From positions 3,224,001 to 3,288,000 of the forward strand of contig OZ024757.1 in NCBI GenBank assembly GCA_964016885.1: 64,000 bases of DNA, read 5' to 3'. Both the position numbers and the translations under genes were made by a program. This DNA is from Eledone cirrhosa (Eukaryota). The notes beneath the pieces were generated by a model. It did not search any database and was not told the DNA's origin. It worked only from the letters and a program-made list of their open reading frames with translations. Positions 24,401 to 36,649 of the stretch are shown here, in pieces (position 1 is the first letter of the stretch; each line of letters starts with the position of its first letter).

Positions 24401-26977
24401 GTCTGTAGTATCAGAGCTGTAATCTCTCAATTCAGAGATTCTTTCCAGAGACGTTCTAACCACATGACTGTAGTATCAGAGCTGTGATCTCTCATTTCAG
24501 AGATTCTTTCCCAAGATATTCTAAACACATATCTATAGTATCACGGCTGTGATCTCTCATTTCAGAGATTCTTTCCCAAGATATTCTAAACACATATCTA
24601 TAGTATCAGGGCTGTGATCTCTCAATTCAGAGATTCTTTCCTGAGACATTCTACCCACACATCTGTAGTATCAGCGCAGTGATCTCTCAATCCAGAGATT
24701 CTTTCCCAAGATATTCTAACCACATTTCTATAGTATCAAAGCTGTGATCTCTCAATTCAGAGATTCTTTCCTGAGACATTCTAACCACATGTCTGTTGTA
24801 TCAGAGCTGTGATCTCTCAATTTAGAGATTCTTTCCTGAGACATTCTAACCACATGTCTTCAGTATTAGAGCTGTGATCTCTCAATCCAGAGATTCTTTC
24901 CTGAGACATTCTAACCACATGTCTTTAGTATCAGAGGTGTGATCGCTCAATTCAAAGATTCTTTCCTGAGACATTCTAACTATATGTCTGTAGAATCAGA
25001 GCTGTAATCTCTCAATTCAGAGATTCTTTCCAGAGACATTCTAACCACAGGACATAGTATCAGAGCTGTGATCTCTGAATTCAGAGATTCCTTCCAGAGA
25101 CATTCTAACCACATGTCTATAGTATCGGAGCTGTGATCTCTCCATTCAGAGATTCTTTCCTGAGACATTTTAACCACATGTCTATAGTATCAGAGCTGTG
25201 ATCTCTCAATTCAGAGATTCTTTCCTGAGACATTCTAATCACATATCTGTAGTATCAAAGCTGTGATCCCTCAATTCAGAAATTCTTTCCTGAGACATTC
25301 TAACCACATGGCTGTAGTATCAGAGCTGTGATCTCTCAATTAAGAGATTCTTTTCTCAGATAATCTAACACCATATCTATAGTATCAGAGCTGTGATCTC
25401 TCAATTCAGAGATTCTTTCCTGAGACATTCTAAACACATATCTGTAGTATCAAAGCTGTGATCACTCAATTCAGAGATTCTTTCCTGAGACATTCTAACC
25501 ACATGGCTGTAGTATCAGAGCTGTGATCTCTCAATTCAGAGATTCTTTACTCAGATATTCTAACCCCATATCTATAGTATCAGAGCTGTGATCTCTCAAA
25601 TCAAAGATTCTTTCCTGAGACATTCTAATCACATGTCTTCAGTATTAGAGCTGTCATCTCTCAATCCAGAGATTCTTTCCTGAGACATTCTAACCACATG
25701 TCTGTAGTATCAGAGCTGTGATCTCTCAATTCACAGATTCTTTCCTGCGACATTCTAACCACATGTCTGTAGTATCAGAGTGTGATCTCTTAATTCAGAG
25801 ATTCTTTCCTGCGACATTCTAACCACATGTCTGTAGTATCAGAGTGTGATCTCTTAATTCAGAGATTCTTTCCTGAGACATTCTAACCCCATGTCTATAT
25901 TATCAGAGCTGTGATCTCTCAATTCAGAGATTCTTTCCTGAGACGCTCTAACCACATGTCTGTAGTATCAGAGGTTTGATCTCTCAATTCAGAGATTCTT
26001 TCCTGAGACATTCAAACCACATGTCTGTAGTATCAGAGCTGTGATCTCTCAATTCAGAGATTCTTTCCTGTGACATTCTAACCACATGTCTGTAGTATCA
26101 GAGCTGTGATCTATTAATTCAGAGATTCTTTCCTGAGACATTCTAACCACATGTCTATTGTATCAGAGCGGTGATCTCTCAATTCAGAGATTCTTTCCTG
26201 AGACATTCTAACCACATGTCTGTAGTATCAGAGCTCTGATCTCTCAATTCACAGATTATTTCCTCAGACATTCTAACCACATGTCTGTAGTATCAGAGCT
26301 GTGATCTCTCAATTTCAATTCAGAGATTCTTTCCTGAGACAATCTAACCACGTGTCTGTAGTATCAGAGCTCTGATCTCTCAATTCAGAGATTATTTCCT
26401 CAGACATTCTAACCACATGTCTGTAGTATCAAAGCTGTGATCTATCAATTCAGAGATTGTTTCCTGAGACATTCTAACCACATGTCTGTAGTATCAGAGC
26501 TGTGATCTCTCAATCCAGAGATTCTTTCCTGAGACATTCTAAACACATGTCTGTAGTATCAGAGCTGTGATCTCTCAATTCAGAGATTCTTTCCTGAGAC
26601 ATTCTAACCACATGTCTATAGTATCAGAGCTGTGATCTCTCAACTCAGAGATTCTTTCCTGAGACATTCTAACAACATGTCTTTAGTATCAGAGGTGTGA
26701 TCGCTCAATTCAAAGATTCTTTCCTGAGACATTCTAAATATATGTCTGTAGAATCAGAGCTGTAATCTCTCAATTCAGAGATTCTTTCCAGAGACATTCT
26801 AACCACAGGACATAGTATCAGAGCTGTGATCTCTCAATTCAGAGATTCCTTCCAGAGACATTCTAACCACATATCTATAGTATCAGAGCTGTGATCTCTC
26901 CATTCAGAGATTCTTTCCTGAGACATTCTAACCACATGTCTATAGTATCAGAGCTGTGATCTCTCCATTCAGAGATT
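17159..26977. repeat. Tandem higher-order duplication: 17159-22035 (75 monomers) and 22036-26977 (76 monomers); a third related copy at ~4.4-8.9 kb
   Basis: A 4942-bp offset is shared by GCCTTG (18889/23831), CACAGG (20104/25046, 21862/26804), the TCAATT duplication (21367/26309) and the ORFs (20038/24980). The offset is 4877 upstream of a one-monomer gap (CTATACAG 17796/22673). Confidence 0.92.
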
Positions 26978-29900
26978 CTTTCCTGAGACATTCTAACCAC
27001 ATGGCTGTAGTATCAGAGCTGTGATCTCTCAATTCAGAGATTCTTTTCTCAGATATTCTAACCCCATATCTATAGTATCAGAGCTGTGATCTCCCAAATC
27101 AAAGATTCTTTCCAGAGATATTCTTATCATATTTCTGTAGTATCAGATCTCTGATCTCTCAATTCAGAGATTCTTTCCTGAGACATTCTAACCACATGTC
27201 TGTAGTATCAGAGCTGTGATCTCTCAATTCAGAGATTCTTTCCTGAGACATTCTAACCACATGTCTGTAGTATCAGAGGTGTGATCTCTCAATTCAGAGA
27301 TTCTTTCCTGAGACATTCTAACCACATGTCTGTAGTATCAGAGCTGTGATCTCTCAATCCAGAGATTCTTTCTTCAGACATTCTAACCACATGTCTGTAG
27401 TATCAGAGCTGTGATCTCGCAATTCAAAGATACATTCCTGCGACATTCTAACCACATGTCTGTAGTATCAGAGCTGTGATCTCTCAATTCAGAGATTCTT
27501 TCCTGAGACATTCTAACCACATATCTGTAGTATCAGAGCTGTGATCACTCAATTCAAAGATTCTTTTCTCAGACATTCTAACCACATATCTATAGTATCA
27601 GAGCTGTGATCTCTCAATTCAGAGATTCTTTTCAGAGACATTCTAACCTCATGTCTATAGTATCAGAGCTGTGATCTCTCAATTCAGAGATTCTTTCCTG
27701 AGACATTCCCACCACCAATCTGTAGTATCAGCGTTGTGATCTCTCAATTCAGAGATTCTTTCTTGAGACATTCTAACCACATGTCTGTAGTATCAGAGCT
27801 GTGATCTCTCAATTCAGAGATTCTTTCCTGAGACATTCTAACCACATATCTATAGTATCAGAGCTGTGATCTCTCAATTCAGAGATTCTTTCCTGAGACA
27901 TTCTAACCACATGTCTGTAGTATCAGAGGTGTGATCTCTCAATCCAGAGATTCTTTCCAGAGACATTCTAATCACATGACTGTGGTATCAGAACTGTGAT
28001 CTCTCAATTCAAAGATTCTTTCCAGAGACATTCTAACCACATGCCTATAGTATCAGAGCTGTGATCTCTCCATACAGAGATCCTTTCCTGACACATTCTA
28101 ACCACATGTCTGTAGTATCAGAGCTGTGATCTCTCAATTCAGAGATTCTTTCCTGAGACATTCTAACCACATGTCTATAGTATCAGAGCTGTGATCTCTC
28201 AATTCAGAGATTCTTTCCTGAGACATTCCCACCACCAATCTGTAGTATCAGCGTTGTGATCTCTCAATTCAGAGATTCTTTCTTGAGACATTCTAACCAC
28301 ATGTCTGTAGTATCAGAGCTGTGATCTCTCAATTCAGAGATTCTTTCCTGAGACATTCTAACCACATATCTATAGTATCAGAGCTGTGATCTCTCAATTC
28401 AGAGATTCTTTCCTGAGACATTCTAACCACATGTCTGTAGTATCAGAGGTGTGATCTCTCAATTCAGAGATTCTTTCCTGAGACATTCTAACCACATGTC
28501 TGTAGTATCAGAGCTGTGATCTCTCAATCCAGAGATTCTTTCTTGAGACATTCTAACCACATGTCTGTAGTATCAGAGCTGTGATCTCTCAATTCAGAGA
28601 TTCTTTGCTGCTACATTCTAACCACATGTCTGTAGTATCAGAGCCTTGATCTCTCAATTCAGAGTTTCTTTTCGGAGACATTCTAACCACATGTCTGTAG
28701 TATCAGCGCTGTGATATCCCAATTCAGAGATTCTTTCCTCAGACATTCTAAACAGATGCCTGTAGTATCAGAGCTGTGATCTCTCAATTCAGAGATTCTT
28801 TCCTGAGACATTCTACCCACATGACTGTGGTATCAGAGCTGTGATCTCTCATTTCAGAGATTCTTTCCTGAGACATTCTAACCACATGTCTGTACTATCA
28901 GAGGTGTGATCTCTCAATTCAGAGATTCTTTCCTGAGACATCCTAACCACATGTCTGTACTATCAGAGCTGTGATCTCTCAATTCAGAGATTCTTTCTTG
29001 AGACATTCTAACCATATGTCTGTAGTATCAGAGCTGTGATATCTCAATTCAGAGAATCTTTCCTGCGACATTCTAACCACATGTCTGTAGTATCAGGGCT
29101 GTGATCCCTCAATTCAGAGATTCTTTCCAGAGACATTCTAACCACATGTCTGTAGTATCAGAGGTGTGATCGCTCAATTCAAAGATTCTTTCCTGAGACA
29201 TTCTAACTACATGTCTGTAGTATCAGAGCTGTAATCTCTCAATTCAGAGATTCTTTCCAGAGACATTCTAACCACATGACTGTAGTATCAGAGCTGTGAT
29301 CTCTCATTTCAGAGATTCTTTCCCAAGATATTCTAAACACATATCTATAGTATCAGGGCTGTGTTCTCTCAATTCAGAGATTCTTTCCTGAGACATTCTA
29401 CCCACATATCTGTAGTATCAGCGCAGTGATCTCTCAATCCAGAGATTCTTTCCAGAGACATTCTAACCACATGACTGTAGTATCAGAGCTGTGATCTCTC
29501 ATTTCAGAGATTCTTTCCCAAGATATTCTAAACACATATCTATAGTATCAGGGCTGTGATCTCTCAATTCAGAGATTCTTTCCTGAGACATTCTACCCAC
29601 ATATCTGTAGTATCAGCGCAGTGATCTCTCAATCCAGAGATTCTTTCCCAAGATATTCTAACCACATTTCTATAGTATCAGAGCTGTGATCTCTCAATTC
29701 AGAGATTCTTTCCTGAGACATTCTAACCACATGTCTGTAGTATCAGAGCTGTGATCTCTCAATTTAGAGATTCTTTCCTGAGACATTCTAACAACATGTC
29801 TTTAGTATCAGAGGTGTGATCGCTCAATTCAAAGATTCTTTCCTGAGACATTCTAACTATATGTCTGTAGAATCAGAGCTGTAATCTCTCAATTCAGAGA

Positions 29901-32900
29901 TTCTTTCCAGAGACATTCTAACCACAGGACATAGTATCAGAGCTGTGATCTCTCAATTCAGAGATTCCTTCCAGAGACATTCTAACCACATGTCTAGAGT
30001 ATCAGAGCTGTGATCTCTCCATTCAGAGATTCTTTCCTTAGACATTCTAACCACATGTCTATAGTATCAGAGCTGTGATCTCTCCATTCAGAGATTCTTT
30101 CCTGAGACATTCTAACCACATGTCTATAGTATCAGAGCTGTGATCTCTCAATTCAGAGATTCTTTCCTGAGACATTCTAATCACATATCTGTAGTATCAA
30201 ATCTGTGATCACTCAATTCAGAGATTCTTTCCTGAGACATTCTAACCACATGGCTGTAGTATCAGAGCTGTGATCTCTCAATTCAGAGATTCTTTTCTCA
30301 GATATTCTAACACCATATCTATAGTATCAGAGCTGTGATCTCTCAATTCAGAGATTCTTTCCTGAGACATTCTAAACACATATCTGTAGTATCAAAGCTG
30401 TGATCACTCAATTCAGAGATTCTTTCCTGAGACATTCTAACCACATGGCTGTAGTATCAGAGCTGTGATCTCTCAATTCAGAGATTCTTTTCTCAGATAT
30501 TCTAACCCCATATCTATAGTATCAGAGCTGTGATCTCCCAAATCAAAGATTCTTTCCAGAGATATTCTTATCATATTTCTGTAGTATCAGATCTGTGATC
30601 TCTCAATTCAGAGATTCTTTCCTGAGACATTCTAACCACATGTCTGTAGTATCAGAGCTGTGATGTCTCAATTCAGAGATTCTTTCCTGAGACATTCTAA
30701 CCACATGTCTGTAGTATCAGAGGTGTGATCTCTCAATTCAGAGATTCTTTCCTGAGACATTCTAACCACATGTCTGTAGTATCAGAGCTGTGATCTCTCA
30801 ATCCAGAGATTCTTTCTTGAGACATTCTAACCACATGTCTGTAGTATCAGAGCTGTGATCTCTCAATTCAGAGATACATTCCTGCGACATTCTAACCACA
30901 TGTCTGTAGTATCAGAGCTGTGATCTCTCAATTCAGAGATTCTTTCCTGAGACATTCTAACCACATATCTGTAGTATCAGAGCTGTGATCACTCAATTCA
31001 GAGATTCTTTTCTCAGACATTCTAACCACATATCTATAGTATCAGAGCTGTGATCTCTCAATTCAGAGATTCTTTTCAGAGACATTCTTACCTCATGTCT
31101 GTAGTATCAAATCTGTGATATCCCAATTCAGAGATTCTTTCCTCAGACATTCTAACCAGATGTCTGTAGTATCAGAGCTGTGATCTCTCAATCCAGAGAT
31201 TCTTTCCAGAGACATTCTAATCACATGACAGTGGTATCAGAACTGTGATCTCTCAATTCAAAGATTCTTTCCAGAGACATTCTAACCACATGCCTATAGT
31301 ATCAGATCTGTGATCTCTCCATACAGAGATCCTTTCCTGACACATTCTAACCACATGTCTGTAGTATCAGAGCTGTGATCTCTCAATTCAGAGATTCTTT
31401 CCTGAGACATTCTAACCACATGTCTATAGTATCAGAGCTGTGATCTCTCAATTCAGAGATTCTTTCCTGAGACATTCCCACCACCAATCTGTAGTATCAG
31501 CGTTGTGATCTCTCAATTCAGAGATTCTTTCTTGAGACATTCTAACCACATGTCTGTAGTATCAGAGCTGTGATCTCTCAATTCAGAGATTCTTTCCTGA
31601 GACATTCTAACCACATATCTATAGTATCAGAGCTGTGATCTCTCAATTCAGAGATTCTTTCCTGAGACATTCTAACCACATGTCTGTAGTATCAGAGGTG
31701 TGATCTCTCAATTCAGAGATTCTTTCCTGAGACATTCTAACCACATGTCTGTAGTATCAGAGCTGTGATCTCTCAATCCAGAGATTCTTTCTTGAGACAT
31801 TCTAACCACATGTCTGTAGTATCAGAGCTGTGATCTCTCAATTCAGAGATTCTTTGCTGCTACATTCTAACCACATGTCTGTAGTATCAGAGCCTTGATC
31901 TCTCAATTCAGAGTTTCTTTTCGGAGACATTCTAACCACATGTCTGTAGTATCAGCGCTGTGATATCCCAATTCAGAGATTCTTTCCTCAGACATTCTAA
32001 ACAGATGCCTGTAGTATCAGAGCTGTGATCTCTCAATTCAGAGATTCTTTCCTGAGACATTCTACCCACATGACTGTGGTATCAGAGCTGTGATCTCTCA
32101 TTTCAGAGATTCTTTCCTGAGACATTCTAACCACATGTCTGTACTATCAGAGGTGTGATCTCTCAATTCAGAGATTCTTTCCTGAGACATCCTAACCACA
32201 TGTCTGTACTATCAGAGCTGTGATCTCTCAATTCAGAGATTCTTTCTTGAGACATTCTAACCATATGTCTGTAGTATCAGAGCTGTGATATCTCAATTCA
32301 GAGAATCTTTCCTGCGACATTCTAACCACATGTCTGTAGTATCAGAGGTGTGATCGCTCAATTCAAAGATTCTTTCCTGAGACATTCTAACTACATGTCT
32401 GTAGTATCAGAGCTGTAATCTCTCAATTCAGAGATTCTTTCCAGAGACATTCTAACCACATGACTGTAGTATCAGAGCTGTGATCTCTCAATTCAGAGAT
32501 TCTTTCCCAAGATATTCTAAACACATATCTATAGTATCAGGGCTGTGTTCTCTCAATTCAGAGATTCTTTCCTGAGACATTCTACCCACATATCTGTAGT
32601 ATCAGCGCAGTGATCTCTCAATCCAGAGATTCTTTCCAGAGACATTCTAACCACATGACTGTAGTATCAGAGCTGTGATCTCTCATTTCAGAGATTCTTT
32701 CCCAAGATATTCTAAACACATATCTATACTATCAGGTCTGTGATCTCTCATTTCAGAGATTCTTTCCCAAGATATTCTAAACACATATCTATAGTATCAG
32801 GGCTGTGATCTCTCAATTCAGAGATTCTTTCCTGAGACATTCTACCCACATATCTGTAGTATCAGCGCAGTGATCTCTCAATCCAGAGATTCTTTCCCAA

Positions 32901-35900
32901 GATATTCTAACCACATTTCTATAGTATCAGAGCTGTGATCTCTCAATTCAGAGATTCTTTCCTGAGACATTCTAACCACATGTCTATAATATCAGAGCTG
33001 TAATCTCTCAATTCAGAGATTCTTTCCAGAGACATTCTAACCACATGACCATAGTATCAGAGCTGTGATCTCTCAATTCAGAGATTCTTTTCTGAGACAT
33101 TCTAACTACATGTCTGTAGTATCAGAGCTGTAATCTCTCAATTCTTAGATTCTTTCCGGAGACATTCTAACCACATGACCATAGTATCAGAGCTGTGATC
33201 TCTCAATTCAGAGATTCCTTCCAGAGACATTCTAACCACATGTCTATAGTATCAGAGCTGTGATCTCTCCATTCAGAGATTCTTTCCTGAGACATTCTAA
33301 CCACATGTCTATAGTATCAGAGCTGTGATCTCTCAATTCAGAGATTCTTTCCTGAGACATTCTAACCACATGTCTATAGTATCAGAGCTGTGATCTCTCA
33401 ATTCAGAGATTCTTTCCTGAGACATTCTAACCACATATCTGTAGTATCAAAGCTGTGATCACTCAATTCAGAGATTCTTTCCTCAGACATTCTAACCACA
33501 TGTCTATAGTATCAGAGCCTTGATCTCTCAATTCAGGGTTTCTTTTCAGAGACATTCTAACCACATGTCTGTCGTATCAGCACTGTGATATCCGAACTCA
33601 GAGATTCTTTCCTCAGACATTCTAACCAGATGCCTGTAGTATCAGAGCTGTGATCTCTCAATCCAGAGATTCTTTCCAGAGACATTCTAACCACATGACT
33701 GTGGTATCAGAGCTATGGTCTCTCATTTCAGAGATTCTTTCCCAAGATATTCTAACCACATATCTATAGTATCAGGGCTGTGATCTCTCAATTCAGAGAT
33801 TCTTTCCTGAGACATTCTAACCAGATGTCTGTAGTATCAGAGCAGTGATCTCTCAATTCAGAGATTCTTTCCTGAGACATTCTACCCACATATCTGTAGT
33901 ATCAGCGCAGTGATCTCTCAATTCAGAGATTCTTTTCTCAGACATTCTAACCACATTTCTATAGTATCAGAGCTGTGATCTCTCAATTCAGAGATTCTTT
34001 CATGAGACATTCTAACCACATGATTGTAGTATCAGAGCTGTGATCTCTCAATTTAGAGATTCTTTCCTGAGACATTCTAACCACATGTCTTCAGTATTAG
34101 AGCTGTGATCTCTCAATCCAGAGATTCTTTTCTCAGACATTCTAACCACATGTCTGTAGTATCAGACCTGTAATCTCTCAATTCAGAGATTCTTTCCAGA
34201 GACATTCTAACCACATGACATAGTATCAGAGCTGTGATCTCTCAATTCAGAGATTCCTTCCAGAGACATTCTAACCCCATGTCTATAGTATCAGAGCTGT
34301 GATCTCTCCATTCAGAGATTCTTTCCGGAGACATTCTAACCACATTTCTATAGTATCACAGCTGTGATCTCTCAATTCAGAGATTCTTTTCTCAAACATT
34401 TTAACCACATGTCTGTAGTATCAGAGCTGTAATATCTCAATTCAGAGATTCTTTCCAGAGACATTCTAACCACATGACCATAGTATCAGAGCTGTGATCT
34501 CTCAATTCAGAGATTCTTTCCTGAGACATTCTAACTACATGTCTGTAGTATCAGAGCTGTAATCTCTCAATTCTGAGATTCTTTCCAGAGACATTCTAAC
34601 CACATGACCATAGTATCAGAGCTGTGATCTCTCAATTCAGAGATTCCTCCCAGAGACTTTCTAACCACATATCTATAGTATCAGAGCTGTGATCTCTCCA
34701 TTCAGAGATTCTTTCCTGAGACATTCTAACCACATGTCTATAGTATCAGAGCTGTGATCTCTCAATTCAGAGATTCTTTCCTGGGACTTTCTAACCAGAT
34801 GTCTGTAGTATCAGAGCTGTGATCTCTCAATTCAGAGATTCTTTCCTGAGACATTCTACCCACATATCTGTAGTATCAGCGCAGTGATCTCTCAATTCAG
34901 AGATTCTTTTCTCAGACATTCTAACAACATTTCTATAGTATCAGAGCTGTGATCTCTCAATTCAGAGATTCTTTCCTGAGACATTCTAACCACATGTCTA
35001 TAGTATCAGAGCTGTGATCTCTCAATTCAGAGATTCTTTCCTGAGACATTCTAACCACCAATCTGTAGTATCAGCGTTGTGATCTCTCAATTCAGAGATT
35101 CTTTTCTCAAACATTCTAACCACATGTCTGTAGTATCAGAGCTGTAATCTCTCAATTCAGAGATTCTTTCCAGAGACATTCTAACCACATGACCATAGTA
35201 TCAGAGCTGTGATCTCTCAATTCAGAGATTCTTTCCTAAGACATTCTAACCTCATGCCTGTAGTATCAGAGGTGTGATCTCTCAATACAGAGATTCTTTT
35301 CTCAAACATTCTAACCACATGTCTGTAGTATCAGAGCTGTAATCTCTCAATTCAGAGATTCTTTCCAGAGACATTCTAACCACATGACCATAGTATCAGA
35401 GCTGTGATCTCTCAATTCAGAGATTCTTTCCTGAGACATTCTAACTACATGTATGTGGTATCAGAGCTGTAATCTCTCAATTCTGAGATTCTTTCCAGAG
35501 ACATTCTAACCACATGACCATAGTATCAGAGCTGTGATCTCTCAATTCAGAGATTCCCTCCAGAGACATTCTAACCACATGTCTATAGTATCAGAGCTGT
35601 GATCTCTCCATTCAGAGATTCTTTCCTGAGACATTCTAACCACATGTCTATAGTATCAGAGCTGTGATCTCTCAATTCAGAGATTCTTTCCTGAGACATT
35701 CTAACCACATGTCTATAGTATCAGAGCTGTGATCTCTCAATTCAGAGATTCTTTCCTGAGACATTCTAACCACCAATCTGTAGTATCAGCGCAGTGATCT
35801 CTCAATTCAGAGATTCTTTTCTCAGACATTCTAACCACATTTCTATAGTATCAGAGCTGTGATCTCTCAATTCAGAGATTCTTTCATGAGACATTCTAAC

Positions 35901-36649
35901 CACATGATTGTAGTATCAGAGCTGTGATCTCTCAATTTAGAGATTCTTTCCTGAGACATTCTAACCACATGTCTTCAGTATTAGAGCTGTGATCTCTCAA
36001 TCCAGAGATTCTTTTCTCAGACATTCTAACCACATGTCTGTAGTATCAGACCTGTAATCTCTCAATTCAGAGATTCTTTCCAGAGACATTCTAACCACAT
36101 GACATAGTATCAGAGCTGTGATCTCTCAATTCAGAGATTCCTTCCAGAGACATTCTAACCCCATGTCTATAGTATCAGAGCTGTGATCTCTCCATTCAGA
36201 GATTCTTTCCGGAGACATTCTAACCACATTTCTATAGTATCACAGCTGTGATCTCTCAATTCAGAGATTCTTTTCTCAAACATTTTAACCACATGTCTGT
36301 AGTATCAGAGCTGTAATATCTCAATTCAGAGATTCTTTCCAGAGACATTCTAACCACATGACCATAGTATCAGAGCTGTGATCTCTCAATTCAGAGATTC
36401 TTTCCTGAGACATTCTAACTACATGTCTGTAGTATCAGAGCTGTAATCTCTCAATTCTGAGATTCTTTCCAGAGACATTCTAACCACATGACCATAGTAT
36501 CAGAGCTGTGATCTCTCAATTCAGAGATTCTTTCCTGAGACATTCTAACTACATGTCTGTAGTATCAGAGCTGTAATCTCTCAATTCTGAGATTCTTTCC
36601 AGAGACATTCTAACCACATGACCATAGTATCAGAGCTGTGATCTCTCAA

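Larger units (their letters stand above)
1..32956. repeat. Left sub-domain of the satellite (variant set A)
   Basis: Recurrent markers essentially confined to this half: CACAGGACATAG (7171, 8663, 11851, 14580, 20104, 21862, 25046, 26804, 29923), GGTGTGATCGCTC, GCTGCTACATT, CCATACAGAGATCC, GATACATTCCTGCG and the TCAATT duplication. Confidence 0.85.
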
